The translations under genes and the position numbers were made by a program. DNA of 63,731 bases, filler included, from Octopus bimaculoides (lineage: Eukaryota): the NCBI RefSeq assembly GCF_001194135.2. It is 8 parts of 8 records of this genome, joined end to end, with 100 filler letters (N's around TTAATTAATTAA, not from the genome) between each part and the next. Parts side by side here need not be neighbours in the genome. Positions count along the whole stretch, not along the records: positions 51,826 to 53,791 come from NW_026302809.1; positions 53,892 to 63,731 come from NW_026346654.1; 6 more parts are not named here. The stretch is one strand, 5' to 3'. The notes under the pieces are model-generated. The model had not been told where the DNA came from. It ran no database searches and saw only the letters and a program-made list of their open reading frames with translations. Shown in pieces: positions 52,375-63,731 of this stretch; within the stretch, counting starts at the first letter, position 1; the number at the start of each line of letters is the position of its first letter.

Positions 52375-53081
52375 TAGTGGCGGCTTGTGTATAGGCACCG
52401 TGGAACTTCAGTACCCCCTATTTCCACTCGATATTATCAATAACATTCAATATAATGAGTCCTTTTTTCCTTTAATTCTTTCTTTATACTTGTACATTAT
52501 ATAATCCTTAAGCTTAATGTCAGTAGCCATCCCCTAGTTTATGGAGGAAATACAAAAATCCTTGTATAGAACTGTGCGCTTCACAGTTCCAGCGACGCGG
52601 TGTTTGGCTGCTGTGCGCATGCTCACATGTCCGAGATAGGAAGCTTCACGCTAGGCAGAGAGAGCACTGTGGTTCACGCAGTACCGAGCCTAGTATGCTG
52701 GTGAAAGGTAGTGTTTCTTTTTGACTCCGTGCGTGTTGTGCTTAAAAACGTGTTTGTATTCTTGAATGTGATAAAGTGTATAATTAGATTATTATTATCC
52801 TGCTTCCAGCTGAAGTGTTGCTGTCAGGATTTGAAAAATAGGGCACATTTCCCCGCCTTACTTTGTAATTTAGTGGGGATTTCTGAAAAACAAGGGGGAA
52901 TTCGCGGTGAGGTTCAGTGAACAAATTAAACGCACAACCCGGCAGTGGCTAAAACACAAACCGATCAAGTTTATGTATAAATTTTCTTTTTATGTTTGTT
53001 TCCTTTCACACAATATTAAAACAACGGCTAAAAATTTTCTGAAGCAGCATCCCCACTAACTTTATCTACGAGCCGCCACTG
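52375..53081. mobile_element. Non-autonomous hAT transposon, 707 bp
   Basis: TIRs tagtggcggcttgt / acgagccgccactg. Identical 8-bp TSD tccggcgt at 52367-52374 and 53082-53089. Confidence 0.88.
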
Positions 53082-53901
53082 TCCGGCGTACAGGAAGACA
53101 ACTAGAGACATGCTTTTGTTAAAGCGTGTCTCTAGGAGAAAGTCATTGTGATATAAAACTAGATACGCAGGGGTTGCAGGGCCGGATTAAAGCCCAGAGA
53201 GGCCTTAAGCACTTAAAAAAAGGTTCTGGTACCCTCAAGTGTACGTAAATGGTTTAAAATGTAAACAAAAATGACTCAAAATGTAAACAATAATAAACCA
53301 TAAAATAAATTTTTATTTTTCAAAATGAAACAAAATTAACAGGAGTCGCTGTGTGGTAAGTAGCTTGCTTACCACCCACAAAGTTCCGAGTTCAGTTTCA
53401 CTGCGTGCCATCTTGAGCAAGTGTCTTCTACTATAGCCTCGGGCCAATCAAAGCCTTGTGAGTGGATTTGGTAGACGGAAACTGAAAGAAACCCGCTGTA
53501 TATAGTGGCTGTGTGGTAAGTAGCTTGCTTATCAACCACATGGTTCCGTGTTCAGTCCCACTGCGTGGCACCTTGAGCAAGTGTCTTCTACTATAGCCTC
53601 GGGCCGACCAAAGCCTTGAATGGAATTGGTAGATGGAAACTGAAAGAAGCCCGTCGTATGTATATATATATATATGTGTGTATGTATGTGTGTGTGTATG
53701 TGTATGTGTGTGTGTATGTTTGTGTGTTAGTGTTTGTCTCGCCACCATCGCTTGACAACTGATGCTGGTGTATTTACGTCCCCGTAACTTANNNNNNNNN
53801 NNNNNNNNNNNNNNNNNNNNNNNNNNNNNNNNNNNTTAATTAATTAANNNNNNNNNNNNNNNNNNNNNNNNNNNNNNNNNNNNNNNNNNNNTATATGTAT
53901 A

Positions 53902-54731
53902 CAGGATGCGATGGGTAAATTGTCGCAATTTATATATTAATTTCGCGCATGCGCATTGTTTGTTTTTGATTTTGTCACCTACACAGTATAGCAGGGTCAG
54001 TAGGGCACCGTCTGTGAGAAAAACAGCGCCAAGACACAATTCACTCTGCCAGAAATTTGGAAACGACATGCTGTACCGCTTGACATTCGCACCAGAATCT
54101 CCTATACGAACATTTCAGTGTTTGGGTATCAATCTGAGTGCTTGCCCTGTCTCCAAAATGTGCACCCACAGTGATAGAAATTAAACATCCAGTCAACATT
54201 ATGTTGTTTGGTGTGATCACTAGTGATGGCGACGTTATGGTTCTGAAACGGCCTCAGTCTCAACTCGGAGGCCTACATCAAGTGCCTGGAGGAGGTAGTG
54301 CTGTCCTGCATCAAAAGGGTGGCTACTGGGAGACCGTAAGTCTAGCAAAAGGACTCTATACCATACCACGCAAGCAGGAGAACCCAATCATGGCTGTCAG
54401 GTAATTTCTGATGACCACATTACTTCTAACTCCCCAGACTGCAACTCCCTTGATTATTATGTGCGGGGTGCGGTTGTAGGGAAGGATTATGGCAGCATTC
54501 ACCAAATTAAGGTTGGGAGACCGTCTAGAAGAGTTGCAGGAGATTCCGAATTCATCTGCAAGCCGTGGTTGAAGCCAATGACGATTTTATTGAATAAATT
54601 TACTCTTTAATATATCAAGGTATTTTTTATGTAGGTTTGGTAAATATATCTGTTAAAATATATTTACCAATATATTTCATTCATTTTTCATGTTTGCGTC
54701 ATTTAGACGACACTTTATTCACCGCACCCTG
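53902..54731 (+). mobile_element. Second copy of the Tc1/mariner family at 25622, opposite orientation
   Basis: TIRs caggatgcgatgggtaaattg / cactttattcaccgcaccctg, TA both sides. PVNIMLFGVITSDGDVM and DCNSLDYYV remnants. Confidence 0.88.
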
Positions 54732-55121
54732 TATACATATGTATGTATGTATGTATGTATGCATGTCTGTGTATGTGTGGTGGTGTGCAAAATTAGCGAC
54801 CGTGGTAAAATGAGTAATTTGGGATTTCCCCTTATTTTCTCCTTAACTATTCAAAAACATTACATTGTCACAGTATTGCACCAATTTTAGGTGTAAAAGT
54901 TGGTCGGCATAGTTGTTGCTGTTGAGATCGACAGAGTTTGGAACATAGCCAGGTGACAGGTTTTTTTTTTTTTTTTTTTTTCAAGAAATTTTCCTTGAAC
55001 TAGATATTATATTTGCAACCTTTCTGCCATGTCATATCACATCAAATCCAAGATGAAACAATCTGTGACAATAGGAAGTAAAATTCCTGAGAATTTAAGA
55101 GCGCTCAACATTTTTTAAAAT

Positions 55122-55268
55122 TCAGTTCTATATTTAAGAGATGAGGAATTATTTACATTATTTACATTTGACGGATATTTACCCTCATCTTGCCCACGGG
55201 CATATGGCGTAGTGGTTAAGAGCGCTGGCTACTAACCTCAAGATTCCGAGTTCGATTCCAGGCAGTGA

Positions 55269-55303
<35 letters not shown>

Positions 55304-55433
55304 TCGAAAAATACCTTAGGAATGAGAACCCAGGTTCAAAATTTCCCCCAAGACACCTGATGAAGGCTGGAGGGCATATCAGCTGAAACGTGTTAACAAC
55401 AAAGATGAGGACGAATATCCGTCAAATGTAAAT
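55122..55433 (+). mobile_element. Composite element: inverted repeats enclosing a tRNA-like head, (AAT)n and a hammerhead core
   Basis: Inverted repeats 55160-55192 / 55402-55433. A box tggcgtagtgg (55205-55215), B box gagttcgattc (55248-55258). CUGAUGA-A-GGCUG...CAGCU-GAAAC at 55357-55389. Confidence 0.75.
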
Positions 55434-55771
55434 GGATGTAGTTTGAAAACTTATCAGACAGTTATCCTTGGTTTCTCTATGAATTATTTCTTAAAAGTAC
55501 AATGTTGAGTGCAATGTTTTCTACAGTTATTAATGATAACCATTAGATTGTTACTTCCTGACAATGTATCCGTATTCTTGTTGAAATATATGTATTACAT
55601 AGTCTTGGAAAATTATGAAGTTCAACTCTGTAGATGCCTGAAAATATCTCAGATCCATTTCTGTTGCTACGAATACAAGCTACAAGCATTAGTTTTTGTA
55701 TATAAGGGTATACTAACGTTGATGAATTCGATTTTTCATAGGAACTTAGGACATTTCGAGTGGTTGCCTTG

Positions 55772-56160
55772 CTAAGAGTTAAACAGTCTTAAGAAAAGCC
55801 CACAAAGGCTATCACGGGATTGTGTTCTCTTGTGCTGCAACCATCGATAAATATTGTTAATGATAGTATTTTGCTTTGTAGTATAACTGTCTGGCCTGGA
55901 GCCAGACTGAAAATTTCGAATTAATTCCTGCTTTCTTGTACGTAGCTTGAATAGCACTCGATTAAAGATGTGTGATAATCTTCTTTGATTTTTCTGGAAC
56001 ATTGCTATTTCCTGTCTTGGTGAATGCTACTATTACAGACTTTCTCCATTCTTCTGCCAGGTTATCTGCAATGATTATGGAATTAATAATTGGCATAAGA
56101 AAAAAATCTGTAGCAGATCTGATGGAATTCCGTCTGGTCGAGCAGGTTTTCGACAAACAG
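55772..56160 (-). mobile_element. Old LINE reverse-transcriptase fragment
   Basis: EEWRKSVIVAFTKTG and, frameshifted, IRNFQSGSRPDSYTT resemble the WKxAxVxPIxKxG...QxGFRxxxST RT motifs. Confidence 0.55.
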
Positions 56161-57840
56161 TTTTACTTGTCGCTGCCTGTAATTCTTCTTATCAATTGGT
56201 TCAGTGAATCTTTGAGATGAATTAGATAGATCGCTTATCGGTTCCATGCTGGAGATAGTTGTTGGAACATTTAATAATTTGTTGTTACTATTGAGATTCG
56301 TTTTATTTTCTTACCATTAATCTTGTCAATACCTTTCCATATCGGCCATGTTCTTCCAGATTCATGGAACTGCATAATTTCACTAATTCTTCCATTATTT
56401 CTTCTTCTTGTCCATCATAGTTTTTAACTAATACTTTGAGCTTTAAAAATATCGTTCTGACATATTTTAAATGCTTTCTTGCTTGAATTGCTCCACAATT
56501 GCTATTCTATAAACACTGATTTGGCTCTGGGTATCGGTTTGAAAATAGTTGATCGGTTCTGTGTTTTATCGATTTAATAGACGTCACAATTCCAGGTTTT
56601 AAAGAATACTGTTGAAATATTTCACACAAGAAATATTACGTAATGCAGGCCAGCAATTTATTTTCCCAGATGTTCTACTTCTGGTAGGATCAGATCAGAC
56701 GCCTTTTGATCTTGTGTCTTCATATACTTTTCTGTCTACTATAGATACATGTCTTGACGTTTAAGGGGATCAACTTGAGCCCCCTAGGGCTCAACCGGTA
56801 CTTGAGTTGTCAAGCCTGAATGGATGAAACGGGAAGTCGACCTCGGTGGAATTTGAAACCAGAATGTAAAAAATCGGAAAAAATGCCGCCAAGCATATTG
56901 ACCGATTTACTAACGATCCAACGAACTCGCTTCCGGCGTCTTAATTGTAGTCACTGGTCATTTCCAGCGATGTAACCCAAACTGGCTTTATCTCATTGAT
57001 GACCACAGAATGTCATAAATCTATATCGATTTTATCGATAAACAATATTCAGATTAACTGGTGAAGACAAAGTAATATCTTCTACAATAATGTCTCGAAG
57101 CATTTGAACATATTGAGATGGTGATTTTGCGCAATGTCTGCATCCATGCCTGACAATGATAAGATCACGACGATGTATTTCGTTGAGACATTTATACGTA
57201 ACATCAATGAATTCAATGCTTACATTGTTTCTGCTGTTTTCAGTGGGTTTATTGCACAAATATTATATATACACCTTGTCCATCAAGTTCAAATGACTTT
57301 AGTATGACGCAGAAATGAAGCTTAGTAAGAAAACTACACCATTTGGAAAACCGATAACTTCAGGGCCGCCTATACGGACTGAAGTAAAGATATGCTCACT
57401 TCCATTTCCTTCATTAGTTGGAGTGTTTTTATAAATTATCCTACAATATCAATGCTCTGTTCGCTTGAATGATGGAATTAAAAGTTTTAAAATGCACAAA
57501 TATAGCAGTCGTTTTTATATCTTTACAATTTCAGCTGACCGATCAAAGACCCACAGCAGTCGGTATATTTCCACTTGTCATGGTGACGGGTTATAATTTG
57601 TATGTACTTAGCGTCTTATTTTTCCTGGAACTATTTCCTCGTCAGAACATGTTTCATAGTAACGGATTATTACTTTCAATATATAGTGACCAGAATACAA
57701 AAATAGACGAGGTCAAGTTCATTGGTTTTACCAAGGCGTAGATTTTCTTTGAGGAAATATTGAAAAGATTTAAAATCATAAATACAAATTTGTGTACATA
57801 CATACATACCTACATACATACACATTTATATCTATATTTG

Positions 57841-57908
<68 letters not shown>

Positions 57909-58988
57909 CAGACAGACGTCCTCGGAGGAAAAAAAAACACTCAGACTTCTTAGATAGCCGAAAGAAGTACTACTAAGCATTTTAGTCAACGCACCAACGC
58001 TTCTTCTAGCCGACTACTTCCACTTTAGCTACAATGTCCGGCGATTTTGAAGGGACGGAGAGAGGTTGGTCCCTAATATCAACTCCAGTATTTGACCGGT
58101 ACTTTAATTTATCGACTCTGAAAGGATAAAATGCAAATTTGACCAAAGTAAGGACTTATACTGAGATGGTAAAACCCAAACCGAACACCGACGTTCTAAC
58201 GATACTGCCAATCCGCCATCTTGTTTCCGTAGTAACGATACCGTCCGTCTCCGTCATTTTGTTATTACTCCAACACACACCTCGCACTATCACTCTCCTC
58301 CCGCTATCAATATACTGCTCTCTCCCTCTCTCTCTCTCTCTTTATATATCACTCCCACTATCACCAGTCGACCCCTGTACTTATAAGCTTCTCTCCCCCT
58401 CTCTCCTCTCTATCTTGATCTCTTTGTTTCTCTCTATTTGCTCTTACTCTATTCCTAACCTCTCCGACCTCATTCATTCTTTCGCTATTGCAACACCCCT
58501 TTATAATTACTAATGTTCTATCTGACACCACCACTCTTTTTTAATTGTCCTCCCCTTCTTCATGCCTTTTTAACCCCTCACAACATGTTTTATCGTTCTC
58601 TCTCTCTCTCTACCTCTCTCTGTCTCTCACGCTGTTCTCTTCATTCGCCTCTTCCTTCCACTCTCGACACTCAGCTCTCTTTCATTACTTTCCAATTTAC
58701 TATTCTTCTCACAGCTTTCTTCTTCTTCTTCTCTCTCTCTCTCCCTCCCCCTCTCTCTCTCTTCCTCTCTCATTTACCCTCATGTACTTCTTTTATCACA
58801 ACTCCTCAACATTTCTCTCTCTCACTTTCACTCTCTCACTTTCACTCTCTCACTCTGACTCTTTCTCTCTCTTCCTTCTCTCTATTCGTTTATGTGTTTC
58901 CCCAGAATTCTCTCTTACTCCATCGGCTCTCACAACTCTCTCTATAAACACACACACAGACATACATATTCACACACACACACACACA

Positions 58989-59024
<36 letters not shown>

Positions 59025-59980
59025 ACAAATACACACACATACATACACATTCACACACATACACACACACTATAGTTATGATTTTCCTACATATCTGTTG
59101 CCTATACGAATTTCTTTGACAGCTAAATTAGGGTTGTGGGAAATTTCTTGCTACACAAATGTAATTTGTTCGTAGAATTCGGAATGGAAATCCGCAATTC
59201 TCTTCTTCATTTTGTGTGCCATTTTTGTTGACTTTTCTTCACGTTTATCTACTATTTTTGTGTTGTTTCTTTTTCTTCATTTCTATTGCTTTCTTTCACG
59301 CGACGTCATTGATCTCTTTGGGGAAATAAAATACGCACCGAATTATATTCGCCATAGTGATTAGTAAAGCTATCACTTTCTCCGTTTTTCACTCACTTAC
59401 TCTCTGTATGTCTCTCTTTCTGTCTCTCTCCCCATCTCTCTCTCCGTATCTCTGAACCTCTCCTTCGTGTTCTTTTTCTCAGCAAGTACGTGACAGAAAA
59501 AGTGCGAGGGCACCGAGTGGAGCGATGATACAGTAAAAGAACAGAGCACGTCAAAAAATGAAAGACAGCCATTTTGAAAGGAGAAGGAAGTGATGTAATA
59601 ATATCATTTACAGTGAGTTGAAATACTTTCCATTTTGTATATAAGTACCGACCAGAAATGCGGTCTGAAGCGGTTGAAATGTGTGAACTTGTTCGCATAT
59701 TCGCGTGATAAGTTGTCATAGAGATAACAGCGTAATTTTCTTTTTGTGATTGCAAATTCGATGTTGGTTTAAAAGTAACCGTAAGGTATAGCGGCTTTAT
59801 TAGTGCAGACAACTATAAGTATACAGACACGAATAAATATACAGACACGAACGTACACACGTTTGCATGTGCAATCAAATATGCATATGTAAAGACATAC
59901 GCACGTTTACACATGCACATAGATACATTCACACACTTTCTTGATATGTCCTAATATTTCTGCGCATATATATATATGTA

Positions 59981-60033
<53 letters not shown>

Positions 60034-60396
60034 NNNNNNNNNNNNNNNNNNNNNNNNNNNNNNNNNNNNNNNNNNNNNNNNNNNNNNNNNNNNNNNNNNN
60101 NNNNNNNNNNNNNNNNNNNNNNNNNNNNNNNNNNNNNNNNNNNNNNNNNNNNNNNNNNNNNNNNNNNNNNNNNNNNNNNNNNNNNNNNNNNNNNNNNNNN
60201 NNNNNNNNNNNNNNNNNNNNNNNNNNNNNNNNNNNNNNNNNNNNNNNNNNNNNNNNNNNNNNNNNNNNNNNNNNNNNNNNNNNNNTCTCCACTTCCATTT
60301 ATCTTGAATGTATTTCTTTCAACACACGTATCCACATCAAGAATCTTGCACACCAAATACACATACGAAATAATATATATATATATAGGTGTGTGT

Positions 60397-60440
<44 letters not shown>

Positions 60441-60652
60441 GGCGGCGAACTGGCAGAATCATTAGCGCGCCTGACAAAATGCTTAGCAGCAGTTCATTCC
60501 ACTTTACGTTTTGAGTTCAAACTCCTCCGAGGCTGGACTTTGCCTTTCATCCTTTCGGAGTCGATAACATAGGTACTGTTTGAGCATTGAGGTCGATATA
60601 ATCGTCTTACTCCACTCACAAAATTGCTGGCCTTGTGCCAACATTTGAAATC

Positions 60653-60696
<44 letters not shown>

Positions 60697-60835
60697 TGTG
60701 TTTAACATGCTTATATGCATGTATGCCCTTTATTTGTGGCTTAACAACACTACCAAGAGTTTTATGTTGAAAAGATTTCCAGTTTTCAATCAATCCGCTT
60801 AAAAACTGTAGAAATTCATCACGCATGAAACCACT

Positions 60836-60951
60836 GGTAGAGCTGTTCACGTTGGGAGCACCGGTTCTCGTCCGATCATCGAAGTTAAGCAACGTCAATC
60901 CCAGTGAGTACTTAGCTAGGTGACCGCTTGAGAAACCTAGGTGCTGTAAGC
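60836..60951 (+). pseudogene. 5S rRNA-derived pseudogene
   Basis: cacgttgggagcaccggttctcgtccgatcatcgaagttaagcaacgtc...agtactt...ggtgaccgcttgagaaacctaggtgctgtaagc aligns with animal 5S rRNA as I recall it. The 5' end is decayed and helix mismatches suggest it is non-functional. Confidence 0.85.
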
Positions 60952-61809
60952 GTCACGCGCTTTAGGCACAGGAGTGGCTGTGTGGTAAGTAGCTTGCTTA
61001 CCACATGGTTCCGGGTTCAGTCCCACTGCGTGGCACCTTGGGCAAGTGTCTTCTAGAATAGCCTTGGGCCGACCAAAGCCTTGTGAGTGGATTTGGTAGA
61101 TGGAAACTGAAAGAAGCCCGTTGTATATATGTATATGTATATATATATATGCATGTTTGTGTGTCTGTGTTTGTCCATCCGCCATCGCTTGACAACCGAT
61201 GCTTGCGTGTTTACGTCCCCGTAACCTAGCGGTTCGGCAAAAGATACCGATAGAATAAGTACTAGGCTTCCAAAGAATAAGTCCTGGAGTCGATTTGCTC
61301 GACTAAAGGCGGTGCCCCAGCATGTCCGCGGTCAAATGACTGAAACAAGTAAAAGAGTAAAGAGTCTTCTAACATTCAGGAAATAAAAGTGGTGGAAATT
61401 GGCCGTTAGAGAAATTTTCTCTTTGAAGGACAAGCAGTGGAGAAGAGTTGTGTAGACATGGGGTACCGATGAGAACGATCGGACTGGTTTGTACCGGAGT
61501 TTTGGGTTTCCTGGAAACTATTGATAATTTATAAAACTCTTGGGCCTGGTAGTTTTATTGAGGAACATTTTCAGTTCGAGGTAAACTCCACAACCATAAA
61601 ACGTCAACATTTGGGACTGTCCTTGATGCGTAAAATGCAAAGAAATCGTTGTATACTGTCAACTTAATGTGACAGTCCCCTGAAGGGAATAATACTACTG
61701 TTGGTTAGACCTAGGAAGCTGCACCGCTTCCTGTCGGCCTTGACACATTTCCTGTGTCCTTATGTTTACAAGGGGGAGACAAGCACCTCCACCCAGCTAA
61801 GCCTGCATC

Positions 61810-61848
61810 CAGAGACATGTTTCTGAGTCTTTGCTCGTCATCAGTCTG
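61810..61848 (-). ncRNA. Minimal type I hammerhead ribozyme motif
   Basis: Minus strand: CAGA-CUGAUGA-C-GAG-CAAAGA-CUC-A-GAAAC-AU-GUC^UCUG. Canonical core, GUC site, palindromic ACAUGU at stem III. Confidence 0.72.
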
Positions 61849-62454
61849 TATCATCGTATCACTACTGCATAAATCTCTCTCAGAGATTTAGAAATGTATT
61901 ATTTCTAAAAATGCAAAGAAATCGTTCTGAATACATTCTGACAGTGTCAGAGCATGTACTGACTGGTGGGACCATGTCTGAGAACCGTTTTTGCTAGTGT
62001 AGAAGGTCTCTGGTTATCGATATTGCCGTCAAAATAAATCAATCAAACTATTCCGATATATCGCGCGCGCGCGCGTGTGTTTGCAAATTATTTTAAAGCC
62101 AGGAAATCTCTGGTGGCCATGGTGAAAGCGGTTGGATGCTAGATGGAGATGAATGATCTGAAGTCACAGAAGATGAAAAATTGTACAAATTCCGCCCTGG
62201 AGAGGAAGGTGATAAAGAAACGACAAGTGTATTCCTTCAAGAGTGGCAAACACGATCCAAGTGAATGGGTCTACTCTCAACATGTACCCGAGGGTGGTTG
62301 TCCTGTGTAATTACGGTGATTTGGAATTTGCAGTTTTCTTTGGTCAGCCTTCGAGTATTCCAAGTCACACACGTTTTTTTTTATCAGTCACTGTAATGGC
62401 TTCTTTATCCGCGAGCCTTGCGTCTCCACATCTTAATCAGTCATCAGCTTTTGA

Positions 62455-62760
62455 CCACCAACACCATCATCGTCGTCATCATCATCATCATCATAATTAC
62501 GAACTTCATAATCATCATAATCGTCATCACCACCACCATCCTCACCTATTATTATTATTATTATTATTATTATGATTATCATTTTTATTATTGATATTGT
62601 TGTTGATGTTGCCGTTGTTGATATTATTACTATTATCGTTATTATTAATGTTATTTTTTCATCATCATCAGTATTATAATCGTTATCAATATATCATCAT
62701 CATTATCATCATCATCATCATCATTATTATTATTATTATCATTATTATTATTATTATTCC
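62455..62760 (+). repeat. (CAT)n/(ATT)n trinucleotide repeat cluster
   Basis: Direct reading. Similar (GAT/GAC)n at 40620-40800 and (AGC)n(ACC)n at 35740-35825. Confidence 0.9.
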
Positions 62761-62865
62761 TATGATTACCATATACTCATCATCTCCTTTATTACATATT
62801 ACATTCTCGTTGAAACTGCTCTCCTCATAATTATTTCACTTGCTGTTGTTTGAATTGTTTCCAGC

Positions 62866-62916
<51 letters not shown>

Positions 62917-63731
62917 TGCATATATAAGTAAATACATATAAACCCACGCGCACACACACACACACATATATATGTTTGCAAATTATTTATCATTTTTTTT
63001 TTCTTTTTCTTTTTTTCAAATGTAAGCTTTATGTAAAACCTGAAAAATCGCATGTTTGCGCTTCTCTGCCTGCGAGGAATTTCTCAGCCTGCTATCTTCA
63101 AACAAATCTGTTTACTGTTTCAAATCCTTAGCTATAGTTTTAGGGAATATGCATTCCATCCTATCTTAATGTTACATTCGTTCAGACATCAAACATTTTT
63201 TTTTTCACTCTCTACCATTAACGATCAAATTGCCGGTCGCCATTTTCCTTTTTAAGCATTTTTGCACACTTTTCTTCTTTCATTCTTACAGTTGTTATTC
63301 TCAGTAAAAACAGCTCTTCTTTCTGATGTGGTTGCTTTGATTTTCGTTGTTTTACTTTTATTGTGAGTCTTTGTTGTTAAAAATTCTTCACTTTCTTCTC
63401 GTCATTCACAATTGTTGCTAATTTTATTACTGTTGTTGTTGTTTTTGTTGTTGTTGTGGTGGTGGCTGTGGTAGTGGTGGCGGTGGTGGCCTTTGCCTTT
63501 GTTTTTTGTTTTATAAAGGAATAATTCCATGTGTGTAATGAACTGTGGATACTACCGTATCTCTAATGGTACTGCAGGTTGCAATGCTCATGATATTCAA
63601 GTATTGTTCATATCACACGCACGCACACACACACACACACATGCAAACATACACACACACACGCACGCACGTACTCACACACACACAAACACACACGCAC
63701 ACGCACATTTTATATATATGTATATACTTAT

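Noticed and set aside
53177-53190. hAT-like TIR cagggccggattaa
   Set aside because: I found no partner TIR or TSD in the window.
55198-55270. Possible tRNA gene
   Set aside because: A and B boxes are present, but the acceptor and anticodon stems do not pair properly. It is treated as a SINE-type head.
57615-57651. Minus-strand CUGACGA-GGAA-AUAG-UUCC-AG-GAAA hammerhead-like motif
   Set aside because: Two extra nucleotides precede GAAA, and there is no stem I or properly placed NUH. It may be chance.
62243-62830. His-rich and Ile/Leu-rich ORFs
   Set aside because: They are translations of (CAT)n/(ATT)n repeats.

Overview
AT-rich, microsatellite-dense, gapped animal genomic DNA. The repeat families resemble those I recall from coleoid cephalopods (Octopus); this is an inference, not a database result. 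Almost all of the window looks like intron of a + strand synaptotagmin gene (SYT15-like). One firm coding exon (30912-31122, start of the C2A domain) and one candidate 36-nt micro-exon (2241-2276) are visible. The rest is decayed transposons: Penelope-like elements (PLEs; two GIY-YIG remnants, one RT remnant), RTE and L1/Tx1 LINE fragments, several tRNA-derived SINE families, Tc1/mariner and hAT elements with intact target-site duplications, Helitron ends, a 5S rRNA-derived pseudogene and long foldback palindromes. The most notable signal is a set of type I hammerhead ribozyme motifs in several unrelated repeat contexts: four foldable, plus degenerate or half copies. One lies in a tRNA-headed composite element, another in a 257-bp module flanked by 19-bp direct repeats. 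Most ORFs in the supplied track are microsatellite or N-gap artefacts. No CRISPR array, intact tRNA gene or intact autonomous transposon was found. TE boundaries were read by eye and are approximate unless a TSD or TIR is quoted.
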